From Macrostomum lignano (taxonomy: Eukaryota), in the NCBI GenBank assembly GCA_002269645.1, contig NIVC01000542.1, positions 1 through 64,000 on the forward strand: a stretch of DNA of 64,000 nt, in the 5' to 3' direction. Positions 24,935-35,891 of the stretch are shown piece after piece. The translations under genes and the position numbers were made by a program. The notes below the pieces were generated by a model. That model was given only the letters and a program-made list of their open reading frames with translations. It searched no databases and was not told the origin of the DNA. Each line of letters starts with the position of its first letter. Positions within the stretch are counted from its first letter, which is position 1.

Positions 24935-25556
24935 CATAGCAGAGATGGGATAACTCAGTGTGGCAGAGATGGGATAACTCACTGTGGCAGAGATGGGATA
25001 ACTCAGTGTGGCAGAGATGGGATAACTCAGTGTGGCAGAGATGGGATAACTCACTGTGGCAGAGATGGGATAACTCACTGTGGCAGAGATGGGATAACTC
25101 AGTGTGGCAGAGATGGGATAACTCAGTGTGGCAGAGATGGGATAACTCTATAGCAGAGATGGGATAACTCACTGTGGCAGAGATGGGATAACTCAGTGTG
25201 GCAGAGATGGGATAACTCACTGTGGCAGAGATGGGATAACTCAGTGTGGCAGAGATGGGATAACTCACTGTGGCAGAGATGGGATAACTCACTGTGGCAG
25301 AGATGGGATAACTCACTGTGGCAGAGATGGGATAACTCAGTGTGGCAGAGATGGGATAATTCACTGTGGCAGAGATGGGATAATTCACTGTGGCAGAGAT
25401 GGGATAATTCACTGTGGCAGAGATGGGATAATTCACTGTGGCAGAGATGGGATAACTCAGTGTGGTAGAGATGGGATAATTCACTGTGGCAGAGATGGGA
25501 TAATTCACTGTGGCAGAGATGGGATAACTCACTGTGGCAGAGATGGGATAACTCAC
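24935..25556. repeat. Minisatellite, 24-bp unit (GGCAGAGATGGGATAACTCACTGT), about 26 copies
   Basis: Direct reading. Confidence 0.95.
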
Positions 25557-26101
25557 CTAGAGGAATAATGAAAACACCTCACAAGATTAACAAGCAATGA
25601 ATGCTAAGAGGATAAATAATCGTGAAAAAAGCAAAATTAATCAAGGTGAATAGCAATGGCGATAGGCTAGTGAACCAATCAAGTCAAAGGTTACTACAAA
25701 AAGCGCAGCTCGGGTGCCGGTATTTCAACAATTGACGGCAAATCAATCTGTCTGAATGCCGATTATTTTGGCCGAAAAAATGCACTACGAAGATGATCGA
25801 GAGCGATGGGACTCGGGCGCATGCCACGATCGGGCTTCAGTGCCTCTGTTGCAAATTCCAAGAACCAGCAGATGCAGTAAGGCATCCACACTTTGGTTTC
25901 TTAGACCTCTGCCTTCTCAGACAATAGTATCAATATCTCAATTTAAACAAATTATTTCACTTTTCAAATCCTTAGCACACAAAACAGAGCAGGCCTTCAA
26001 AAACACTTATTTTCTAAGAAACTATGCGTTTAGTTCATCTACTTCTAGCGGTCCTTGCAAGACCTTTCCAGTCCAATCCAAACACTGATAGTCCATGACT
26101 A

Positions 26102-27688
26102 TCAAGCGGCGGCTCCGTCCTCCCTGGCCAGAACCACGGCACAGCGGCAGGGCAGGTACAGCTGCAGCGAGTTGCCGCGGCCGTCAAAGTCGCCAGGCTG
26201 GGTGAAGAATTGCGTATTCTCGTCCACTCGGTTGTGTCCGCCGAACTCCGGCCGGTCGGTGTTGAGCACAATCCGGTAGCGTCCGGGCTCGGCCACGCCC
26301 AGCCGATAGTCCGTGAAGCTGCTGGCCCAGTGCCAGTTGAAGGCGAACAGCAGGCCGCCCCGCTCGAAGGCCACCACCTTGTCGCCGTTGTGCTTCCTGG
26401 GCGCAAAGTTCGTTTTGGCGCAAAATTGCAACCTTTGGCGCATTTTTAACCTAAATTAGTCTGTTCAAAGTGCTCTAATGCGACCTCTTTGCCGCTCCAA
26501 TGCGGCCTGTTTTGGTGCTCTAATGCGGCCTGTTTTGGTGCTCTAATGCGGCCTGTTTTGGTGCTCTAATGCGGCCTGTTTTGGTGCTCTAATGCGGCCT
26601 GTTTTGGTGCTCTAATGCGGTCTGTTTTGGTGCTCTAATGCGGCCTTTTTCGGAATTTCCATATTAGACGCATCTCACTGAATCGCCGCCCATTCACCTG
26701 GTAATGTAACCGGGACCCCGGTGCAGCCAGCCGAACCGGGCCTCGGCCAGGTTCATAGCCGCATCAAAATTGTTGAGATGCTGATAGCGCAGCAGTTTGT
26801 CGTCAACCAGGTTGAACTGCCGCCTGGCATAATAGTAAGACTCGCCGTTGCCAAGCCGGGGGAAGTCCAGCCACTCGGGGTGCCCGAACTCGTTGCCAAT
26901 GAAGTTCAGGTAGCCCTCGCCGCCAAGAGCGTGCGTGATCAGGCGGATCATCTTGTGCAGGGCGATGCCCCGGTCGATGATGAGGGACGGATCGGACAGG
27001 GTGGACATGTGGGTGTACATCTCCTTGTCCATCAGCCAGAAGGCGATGGTTTTGTCACCGACCAGAGCCTGATCGTGCGACTCGGCGTAGGCGATGGCCT
27101 TCTCGCCGTAGCGCCGGTTCTCCAGCTCGAAGCAGATCTTGGCCACGTCCCAGTCCTGGTCGGGGACGCCCTTGAGCAGCTTGATCCACAGGTCGGGCAC
27201 GGCCATGGCCAGCCGGTAGTCGAAGCCGTAGCCGCCGTGCTCAACTGGCCGGCAGAGGCCGGGCAGGCCGCTGACCTCCTCGGCCACGGTGATGACAAAG
27301 GGGTGCGCCTTGTGCAGCAGCCAGTTGGCCAGGGCCAAGTACGTGAGGGACTCGGTGTCCACGCTCATGCCGAAGTACTCGTCGTAGTGGCCGGAGAAGT
27401 TGTGGTTGAGGCCGTGGTGGTGGTACAGCATGGACATGCAGCCATCGAAGCGGAATCCGTCGAAGCCGTACTCCTCGATCCACCAGGTCAGGTTGGACAG
27501 CAGGAAGCGGAGCACCTGCCAATTGTGAATGTTGGCACATGTACAAACCTTGCATTACTGCTTTCAGTAACTGATCTCTCACACAAAGCGCTAGTACACC
27601 TGTATCATACGTATCGTACATGTACATCAAAATGAGGATTAAAATACTGAAAACTGTTAGACGAATAGACACTAGGACACAGAGAGCC

Positions 27689-27742
<54 letters not shown>

Positions 27743-27758
27743 TCAGACAGACAGACAG

Positions 27759-27790
<32 letters not shown>

Positions 27791-29513
27791 AGACAGACAC
27801 ACACACACAGACACACACACACAGACAGACACACACATACACACAGACAGACACACAGACACACACACACACACACACACACAGACACACACAGACACAC
27901 AGACAGACACACAGACAGACACACAGACACACAGACAGACACACACACACACAGACAGACACACAGACAGACACACACACAGACAGACACACAGACAGAC
28001 ACACACACACACAGACACACGTGGATCAGCCCACCTCCAGACTGGTGTAGTTGAAAAGCCGGCTGTCCCAGAGGTCGTGCCGGCCGCGCGGCCCGTCATG
28101 AAAGTAGCAGTTGTTGCTGCCGTCGAACTGGTTGAGCCCGTCGATGGTGTTGTTGGAGGCGTGGCTGTGCACAATGTCCAGCAGCACGATGATGCCCATG
28201 CTGTGTGCGGCATCGATGAGCTGCTTGAGCTCGCAGGGGGTGCCGTAGCGGCTGGAGGCGGCGAAGAAAGAGGTGATCTGGTAGCCGAAGCTGGCATAGT
28301 AGGCGTGCTCCATCACGGCCATGAGCTGGATGCAGTTGTAGCCGAGGTCCCGCACCCTGGGAAGCACGCTCTCCCTGAAGTAGTCGTAGGTGGCCACGCG
28401 CTCCTCGGGCGAGCTGATGCCTACGTGGGCCTCGTAGATGCGCAGGCTGGCTGGCACCGGCGGTCTGGGCACGTTCAGCCTGCGGCGGGGTGAACAGAGT
28501 GCGGATGCTATTGAGACGAACAAGAAGCATGTTTTGGCCATGACTCCAAATAACTCTAGTGTGTACAATGTACTTGCATTCAAAAGTCCCATGCATGGCA
28601 ATTGGTAGAGTTCTTACTAAGTGCATTCATTCAACTTGGGTACAAGTGAGCGCCAACCTATTGGTCTATGTGCCAGCGGCCCAGGTTCGATTCCAAGTGC
28701 AGTCACATTAATTTGGGGCTAAACTGGAATCTTGGCTTGGGTCTGCTTGGGCGGAATGGGCAGCAATGCCTCTCACCGGTTATGTGACACACAACCCCCT
28801 GACTTCAATAAACAATGAGTGCGCACAAAAAACGACAGATTAAGTGCCTTCCTGTCACATATTAACTCCGGGAGAAGTGCTATGGCATGGTCAAAATACA
28901 TAGATTTTCAGGTGCACAGAAGGCAGACTGAATCCTCCATCGCGGCCAAAGTACACGATGCCCTAACCAGCTCAGCTGAGCAGGCCAAACTGTTTGCAGC
29001 TCACTTGTACGGCTTCGGCGGATTCCACAGCCGCTGTTCATAGACGGTGCCGCTGGGCGCTCCCTTTGGCGGCCGGGTCACGTAGGGCGCCCACGGCGAC
29101 AGCCGGTCGAGCCGCTGGCCCTGCGGCCCAATGATGAGCAGCTTGATCACCGAGTTGTGCTCAATGGCTGGCTTGCCATCTGGCTTGGGCGGAATGACCA
29201 GCGTCCACTTGCCGAAGGGCTGCTTCTCGAACGGGTACTGGTCCTCGTGCCAGTTGTTGAAGTCGCCGCGCAGGTAGACGGCCTGTGCGTTCGGCGCCCA
29301 CTCCTGGCAGCGCACCGTGCCGTCCGGGTCCACGCGGACGCCGAACTCGCGGTAGCCGTGCGACAGGCGCTCGATGCCATCGGCCTCTTCAATTCGACGC
29401 CATTCGCTGCGCAGGCAGTTGTAGCGCCGGCGCAGCTCGGTTTCGTAGCCTCGCAGGTAGGGATCGAACTTGAACAGCTCCTCGAGCTGCGGATTCTCGG
29501 GCGGCGCTTCCAT
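26102..29513 (-). CDS. GBE1: 1,4-alpha-glucan branching enzyme, 688 aa
   Basis: Exons 29513-29005, 28479-28035, 27515-26698 and 26396-26102 sum to 2067 nt. GH13 motifs: [36 protein letters not shown] (catalytic Asp), AEEVSG (catalytic Glu), [29 protein letters not shown]. Confidence 0.96.
26490..26650. repeat. Minisatellite, 23-bp unit (TGCTCTAATGCGGCCTGTTTTGG), GBE1 intron 3
   Basis: Direct reading; about 6 copies. Confidence 0.9.
27690..28020. repeat. (CAGA)n/(CA)n compound microsatellite, GBE1 intron 2
   Basis: Direct reading. Confidence 0.95.
28638..28706 (+). mobile_element. Degenerate tRNA-like/SINE fragment in GBE1 intron 1
   Basis: B-box CCAGGTTCGATTCC near 28681-28694; no convincing cloverleaf. 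Confidence 0.25.
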
Positions 29514-29556
29514 GGCGGGCTGCAACTGCAGGACTTTGGGACATGAGCGGCTGACT

Positions 29557-29726
29557 ATCTGTCTGCCTGTCTGTCTGTCTGTCTGTCTGCCTGTCTGTCT
29601 GTCTGTCTGATTGTCTGTCTGTCTGATTGTCTGTCTGTCTGTCTGATTGTCTGTCTGTCTGTCTGATTGTCTGTCTGTCTGTCTGATTGTCTGTCTGTCT
29701 GTCTGATTGCCTGTCTGTCTGTCTGA

Positions 29727-29757
<31 letters not shown>

Positions 29758-30140
29758 ATTGTCTGTCTGTCTGTCTGATTGTCTGTCTGTCTGTCTGATT
29801 GTCTGTCTGATTGTCTGATTGTCTGTCTGATTGTCTGTCTGTGTATATGTGTCTGCCTGCCTGTCTCTGTCTGTCTGTCTGTCTGTCTGTCTGGCTGTCT
29901 GTCTGTCTGTCTGATTGTCTGTCTGTCTGTCTGATTGTCTGTCTGTCTGTCTGATTGTCTGTCTGCCTGTCTGTCTGTCTGCCTGTCTGTCTGTCTGTCT
30001 GTCTGCCTGTCTGTCTGTCTGCCTGTCTGTCTGTCGCCTGTCTGTCTGTCTGTCTGTCTGCCTGTCTGCCTGTCTGTCGCCTGTCTGTCTGTCTGCCTGT
30101 CTGTCTGTCTGCCTGTCTGTCTGTCTGCCTGTCTGTCTGT
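29557..30140. repeat. (TCTG)n microsatellite directly upstream of GBE1
   Basis: Direct reading. Confidence 0.97.
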
Positions 30141-30734
30141 GCCTTAGTGTCTACTATTGCTTCTCTACGAAAAAATAGTTCAGGCAATTTTCATTTTGTT
30201 CAGGAATAACACCAAGGCACCTATATAATCATTACACCTGTATTTAACTGTAGCACACAAGCGTATCGAAGATTAACAGTATTTATATGCAAGACAAATG
30301 CTTTCAATTAAACCTCATTTACTGAAACATTTTGGAGGTGACAAGAAATGCAAAGAAAGAAGACTATTGGGCCACACAATTACTAAGCAGTTTGTACGTT
30401 ATTGAACTACGATAAGCTGAGATGAAGGGTTGAAGGGTCATAGCATGACTGGGTTGGGTTTAAAAATGACGTTAACTTTATCTACATCCCTTGACGAAAT
30501 ATAGTTTATAATATGGATTTTTATAATACCTGATTATCTTTGGTCATGAAACTCTGAGCATGCAAGACCATCGAGATGTTTAACGATGCTTTCGTTGAAT
30601 TTCTTTATAAATATAGACTTCAAGAATGTCAGCCATTCCAGCTCGAGAATTGCAAAATTCCAAGACTTTAACGGATTTTTGTCGCTCAAATGTCACCGAC
30701 AGACTTCCAGGACCTTCGGCGCGATATATTTGTT

Positions 30735-31095
30735 TGTCTGTCCCTCTACCTGTCTGTCCGCCTATCTGTCTGTCTGTCTACCTGTCTGTCTGTCTACCTG
30801 TCTGTCCGTCTATCTGTCTGTCCGTCTACCTGTCTGTCTGTCCGTCTACCTGTCTGTCCGCCTGTCTGTCTGTCTACCTGTCTGTCCGCCTGTCTGTCTG
30901 TCTACCTGTCTGTCCGCCTGTCTGTCTGTCTGTCTACCTGTCTGTCCGTCTACCTGTCTGTCCATCTACCTGTCTGTCCGTCTACCTGTCTGTCTACCTG
31001 TCTGTCTGTCTGTCTATCTACCTGTCTCTCTCTCTGTCTATCTACCTGTCTCTGTATATCTACCTGTCTCTCTGTATATCTACCTGTCTGTCTTT
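30735..31095. repeat. TCTG/TCTACC-derived degenerate microsatellite downstream of the RPP25-like gene
   Basis: Direct reading. Confidence 0.9.
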
Positions 31096-31163
31096 GTGAA
31101 TAACTCCGATTTAGCGATTCAGATAGACCCAAGCAAGCTCGGTGAGTCATCCATGATTTCCAA

Positions 31164-33335
31164 TTATTTCTCCTCGCCGCTTGGCGCCTCCCGCTTGGCG
31201 CTCAGCAGCAGCTTGGCGCCCTTCCTGGCCTTGACCTTGGTCACGTGACGCTTTGCCGGATTGCTGACCGGCGCGGCGCGCTGCCGGCCGGCCTCAGCTG
31301 GCAGCACGCTGCTCACGAAGTGAGCGGCAAAGTCCGAGCCGGCCGGCAGCGGACTAGCCGAGGCGGGCAGCTCCAGGCGGGACAGCAGGCAGCGAATTGC
31401 CGGGACCTCGCGGACCGCCTGCGGTGGTGACGAATAGCAACATGTGGCTGGCTGTGTAACTTGCCATTGTTGACTGGACAGGGTTATCAGATATTGCTCG
31501 TTAATGCTTGTGTTGTATTGCTCAATCGAGTTTAAAGAGTAATGCTCACTCGTGTCCAAAGGGTATCTATCGCTCACTCGTGTCCAAAGGGTATCTATCG
31601 CTTACTCGTGTCCAAAGGGTATCTATCGCTCACTCGTGTCCAAAGGGTATCTATCGCTCACTCGTGTCCAAAGGGTATCTATCGCTCACTCGTGTCCAAA
31701 GGGTATTTATCGCTCACTCGTGTCCAGAGGGTATTTATCGCTCACTCGTGTCCAAAGGGTATTTATCGCTCACTCGTGTTCAAATGGTATTTATCGCTCA
31801 CTCGTGTCCAAAGGGTATTTATCGCTCACTCGTGTCCAAAGGGTATTTATCGCTCACTCGTGTCCAAAGGGTATCTATTGCTCACTCGTGTTCAAAGGGT
31901 ATTTATTGCTCACTCGTGTCCAAAGGGTATCTATCGCTCACTCGTGTCCAAAGGGTATCTATCGCTCACTCGTGTCCAAAGGGTATTTATCGCTCACTCG
32001 TGTCCAGAGGGTATTTATCGCTCACTCGTGTCCAAAGGGTATTTATCGCTCACTCGTGTTCAAATGGTATTTATCGCTCACTCGTGTCCAAAGGGTATTT
32101 ATCGCTCACTCGTGTCCAAAGGGTATTTATCGCTCACTCGTGTCCAAAGGGTATCTATCGCTCACTCGTGTCCAAAGGGTATCTATCGCTCACTCGTGTC
32201 CAAAGGGTATTTATCGCTCACTCGTGTCCAAAGGGTATCTATCGCTCACTCGTGTCCAAAGGGTATTTATCGCTCACTCGTGTCCAAAGGGTATCTATCG
32301 CTCACTCGTGTCCAAAGGGTATTTATCGCTCACTCGTGTCCAGAGGGTATTTATCGCTCACTCGTGTCCAAAGGGTATTTATCGCTCACTCGTGTTCAAA
32401 TGGTATTTATCGCTCACTCGTGTCCAAAGGGTATTTATCGCTCACTCGTGTCCAAAGGGTATTTATCGCTCACTCGTGTCCAAAGGGTATCTATTGCTCA
32501 CTCGTGTTCAAAGGGTATTTATTGCTCACTCGTGTCCAAAGGGTATCTATCGCTCACTCGTGTCCAAAGGGTATCTATCGCTCACTCGTGTCCAAGGGGT
32601 ATCTATTGCTCACTCGTGTTCAAAGGGTATTTATTGCTCACTCGTGTTCAAAGGGTAGTTTACTGCCCATTTCGAATCTAAAGGTATTGAAGTTGACAAC
32701 AAAGGAGAATTAATGAAATGACATGACATGAAATGACTTGACATGAAATGACATGACACGAAATGACATAAAAAGACATGACATGGCATGAAATGACATG
32801 ACATGAAATGACATATGACATGAAATGACATATGACATGAAATGACTTGACATGACATGACACGAAATGGCATGAAATGGACGATACAAACGAACAACGG
32901 ACAGACGCAACCGACCTGCAGCCGGTCCAGCCCCGGCAGCTTCGGCTCGTAGAACTGGCGCATCTTCTGGTAGAACAGGCAGTTCGCCTGGTGCAGCTGC
33001 AGGCCACGGCTGTCGCACCTTCGCTTGGTCATCTCTGAGCAGGAGATCGCCTTCTCCAAGGCGTCTCCGTCCCCAGTCCACAGCACCTGGTCGATCGGGT
33101 GCAGCTTCGGCTTGGACTTGACATCCGCGTCAGCGTTGCCTAGCAACTGAGCCACCGCGTAGTCGACCAGACGGCCAGCCTTGCTGCCGGGCTTCACCTG
33201 CATCAGCAGGCAGAAGCGCCGCCCGCTGTCGGCTGAATCGGCCACGCCGCTGTCCGAACTCAGCACCGGCAGCTGGCCGGGAATGTCCGGTGGCTCGCTG
33301 ATGTGCACCGTCTCGCCAATGTTGTAGTGCTCCAT
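31164..33335 (-). CDS. RPP25L: Alba-domain protein, RNase P/MRP subunit p25-like, 224 aa
   Basis: Exons 33335-32916 and 31418-31164, phase 0. Alba/Rpp25-type segments MQVKPGSK, VLWTGDGDALEKAISCSEMTKRR, LHQ and FYEPKLPGLDRL|...VPAIRCLLS; basic C-terminal tail. Confidence 0.8.
31545..32655. repeat. Minisatellite, 28-bp unit (ATCGCTCACTCGTGTCCAAAGGGTAT[C/T]T), about 40 copies, RPP25-like intron
   Basis: Period 28 (31561/31589). Confidence 0.97.
32710..32880. repeat. (CATGA/AATGA)n pentamer repeat, RPP25-like intron
   Basis: Direct reading. Confidence 0.9.
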
Positions 33336-33484
33336 CGAGGTGAAAAGGCAGTTGCGGAGCTGCGGACTGAGCAGAGATTTGGAGACTCCCGATTTTGAAT
33401 CCGCTGAATTTCGGTGCTAAATTTAAATCTACTTGGCAACTGAGCGTTCACTGTCCTGTGCCCTGCCTTTTCCACTGCGGCAAT

Positions 33485-33890
33485 TTCTGTCTCATACTGT
33501 CCTGTCCACCGCTACATGCCTTCCTGTCTCATACTGTCCTGTCCACCGCTACATTCCTTCCTGTCCCATAATGTCCTGTCCACCGCTACAATCCATCTTG
33601 TCTCATACTGTCCTGTCCACCGCTACAATCCATCTTGTCTCATACTGTCCTGTCCACCGCTACAATCCTTCCTGTCCCATACTGTCCTGTCCACCGCTAC
33701 AATCCATCTTGTCTCATACTGTCCTGTCCACCGCTACAATCCTTCTTGTCTCATACTGTCCTGTTCACCGCTACAATCCTTCCTGTCCCATACTGTCCTG
33801 TCGACCGCTACAATCCTTCCTGTCCCATACTGTCCTGTCCACCGCTACAATCCTTCCTGTCCCATACTGTCCTGTCCACCGCTACAATCT
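33485..33890. repeat. Minisatellite, 37-bp unit (TACTGTCCTGTCCACCGCTACAATCCTTCCTGTCCCA), about 11 copies
   Basis: Period 37 (33791/33828). Confidence 0.93.
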
Positions 33891-34779
33891 CATCAGTGAT
33901 ATTGTCCAATACTTAGCTGGAGTTGCAGAACAATAAAAAACGCAGAGCCCAGCAAGGTGCAAGAGCTGGTGCCAATCTGTCTGAATATATTCCAAGATAC
34001 TAAAAGCTAAACTCGTATGCAAGAGCAGGAAAAGAAATGAAATAAAATATTTAATTAGCAAAATAAGCAGACGCAGCATTGGGGAAACCAACTGGCGGCA
34101 GATGCAGCTTTCCAATCGGTTTGCAGAATCCGGCAGTCAGCTGATCATGAGAGAGAGTCAGAGTCAGCAATAGTGTGTGCGCCAACAGCGGATTACAGGT
34201 AAAGGATTAAGCCTAATTAGTAGCATCATATCTCAAGACGTATACAATACATTTAGTTTATAAACAGATTAAGGCAGCCCAAACTGATGTGCGCAGGTAA
34301 TGGAAAGTTTAGTAAGCTGATTGGGGCTGTTTAACCCCGAGTGCAGTCGGTGCTGAGCTCTCATATCTCTGGTGCCAAAATGTGCCAACCAATCAGCGAA
34401 TCCGGCGAAGGGAACAAAGCAGGACATCAAACTGTTTATTGGCGGAGAATATGATAGGGTAATTTATGGAAATAACATGGAACAATCATGTACTCTGAGC
34501 CTTGCAGCTCAGATACATCGACATGGGAGCAGCAAAAAATAGAATAGCCTTCTGTCTGGCGCTGAGCTTATGAGACTACAGACCTTAAACTCGTATATAA
34601 GCTTGCCAGCGCTAAAAAAGGGCTTAAGTATATGCGAAATAACTGCTAATATAGTAAAATGAGTAACAGCCAGTCGCTTGTAGTCCTAGGCTCGAATCGC
34701 TCTCAGTCTGTTCCAACTTCACCCCACATGCTAGTGCAAAGAATTGAGAGAAATTATATATTGTATTATATATCCCCTG

Positions 34780-35045
34780 CAGTCTGACAGATCCCAGTTA
34801 GTAGAATTATCCCCTGCAGTCTGACAGATCCCAATTAGTAGAATTATCCCCTGCAGTGTGACAGATCCCAAAGTAGAATTATCCCCTGCAGTGTGACAGA
34901 TCCCAAAGTAGAATTATCCCCTGCAGTGTGACAGATCCCAAAGTAGAATTATCCCCTGCAGTCTGAAAGATCCCAAAGTAGAATTATCCCCTGCAGTCTG
35001 ACAGATCCCAAAGTAAAATTATCCCCTGCAGTCTGACAGATCCCA
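34780..35045. repeat. Minisatellite, about 35-bp unit (ATCCCCTGCAGTCTGACAGATCCCAAAGTAGAATT), about 7 copies
   Basis: Period 35 (34881/34916). Confidence 0.92.
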
Positions 35046-35644
35046 AAGCATCAATAAATCCCCACAAAAAGACCAATCCAAGAACTTCAAGAACTTATTT
35101 AAGGGCTTACAGAGTCAGGCTACCCATGGAGGTCAATAATTAATCACCAAAGGTAACAATCAAATTAAACGCGCAATTAAGACAAAAGTACAAGGATCAA
35201 GGATCAGCCACCGAAGTGGTTCCATAGCGGAACTCGTAGGCATTAAGCAAAGGGATTAGGGAGAGTTACAAACATGTAAATAAACAGTAAAAAGCATTTG
35301 CAATGCAAAGACAGTCTCTTAGATTTGGAATTCCAGTATAAAAAGCAAATGGGCTACAAAATGACGAAAGCAGTTACATTACAGCAAATTATACAATAGC
35401 CGTCAGCTCAGCTGAGCAATGAAAACAGATTGATTTCACAGGTGAATAACCCCCGACCACATCGACCGCAGGTGAATAAAAAAACATACCCAATCACTTC
35501 AAAAGTTCTTCAATTCAAAAAGTAACATTGCAGTTCCTTCGGTTTTTCTCCAGATGAAGAAAAATCTGTCTAAAAAAATCTTGTATTTCTACTTCAAGTA
35601 GAAAAGTTGATAAAATTCTATTATTATTCTTCTTTTTATACGCG

Positions 35645-35818
35645 CAATATTCTAATACTTCTACTGCAAGTAGAATAGTGGATACAATTCTATTTTTATT
35701 ATCAATTTTATAAGTGCAATATTCTCATATTTCTACTGCAAGTAGAATTGTGGATACAATTCTATTTTTATTATCAATTTTATAAGTGCAATATTCTCAC
35801 ATTTCTACTGCAAGTAGA
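35645..35818. repeat. About 70-bp AT-rich tandem duplication (about 2.5 copies)
   Basis: TTCTACTGCAAGTAGAA...GGATACAATTCTATTTTTATTATCAATTTTATAAGTGCAATATTCTCA recurs. Confidence 0.8.
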
Positions 35819-35891
35819 CATTAATGGATATCACCAGCGAGAGTCAGTCGGCAAAATCGCCATTGGCATGCTGGGCTAGATATCAAGTCTC

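Noticed and set aside
14213-33936. Repeat-derived ORFs (MSMGRLLSV..., MHSCPESF..., CLSV/RQTD, poly-S/V/L, SKGYLSLTRV...)
   Set aside because: These are translations of microsatellites and minisatellites that are open in several frames and lie inside introns or spacers of well-supported genes.
28968-35418. Palindrome GCTCAGCTGAGC at about 28971 and 35406
   Set aside because: Only two 12-bp occurrences with no shared flanks; not distinguishable from chance.
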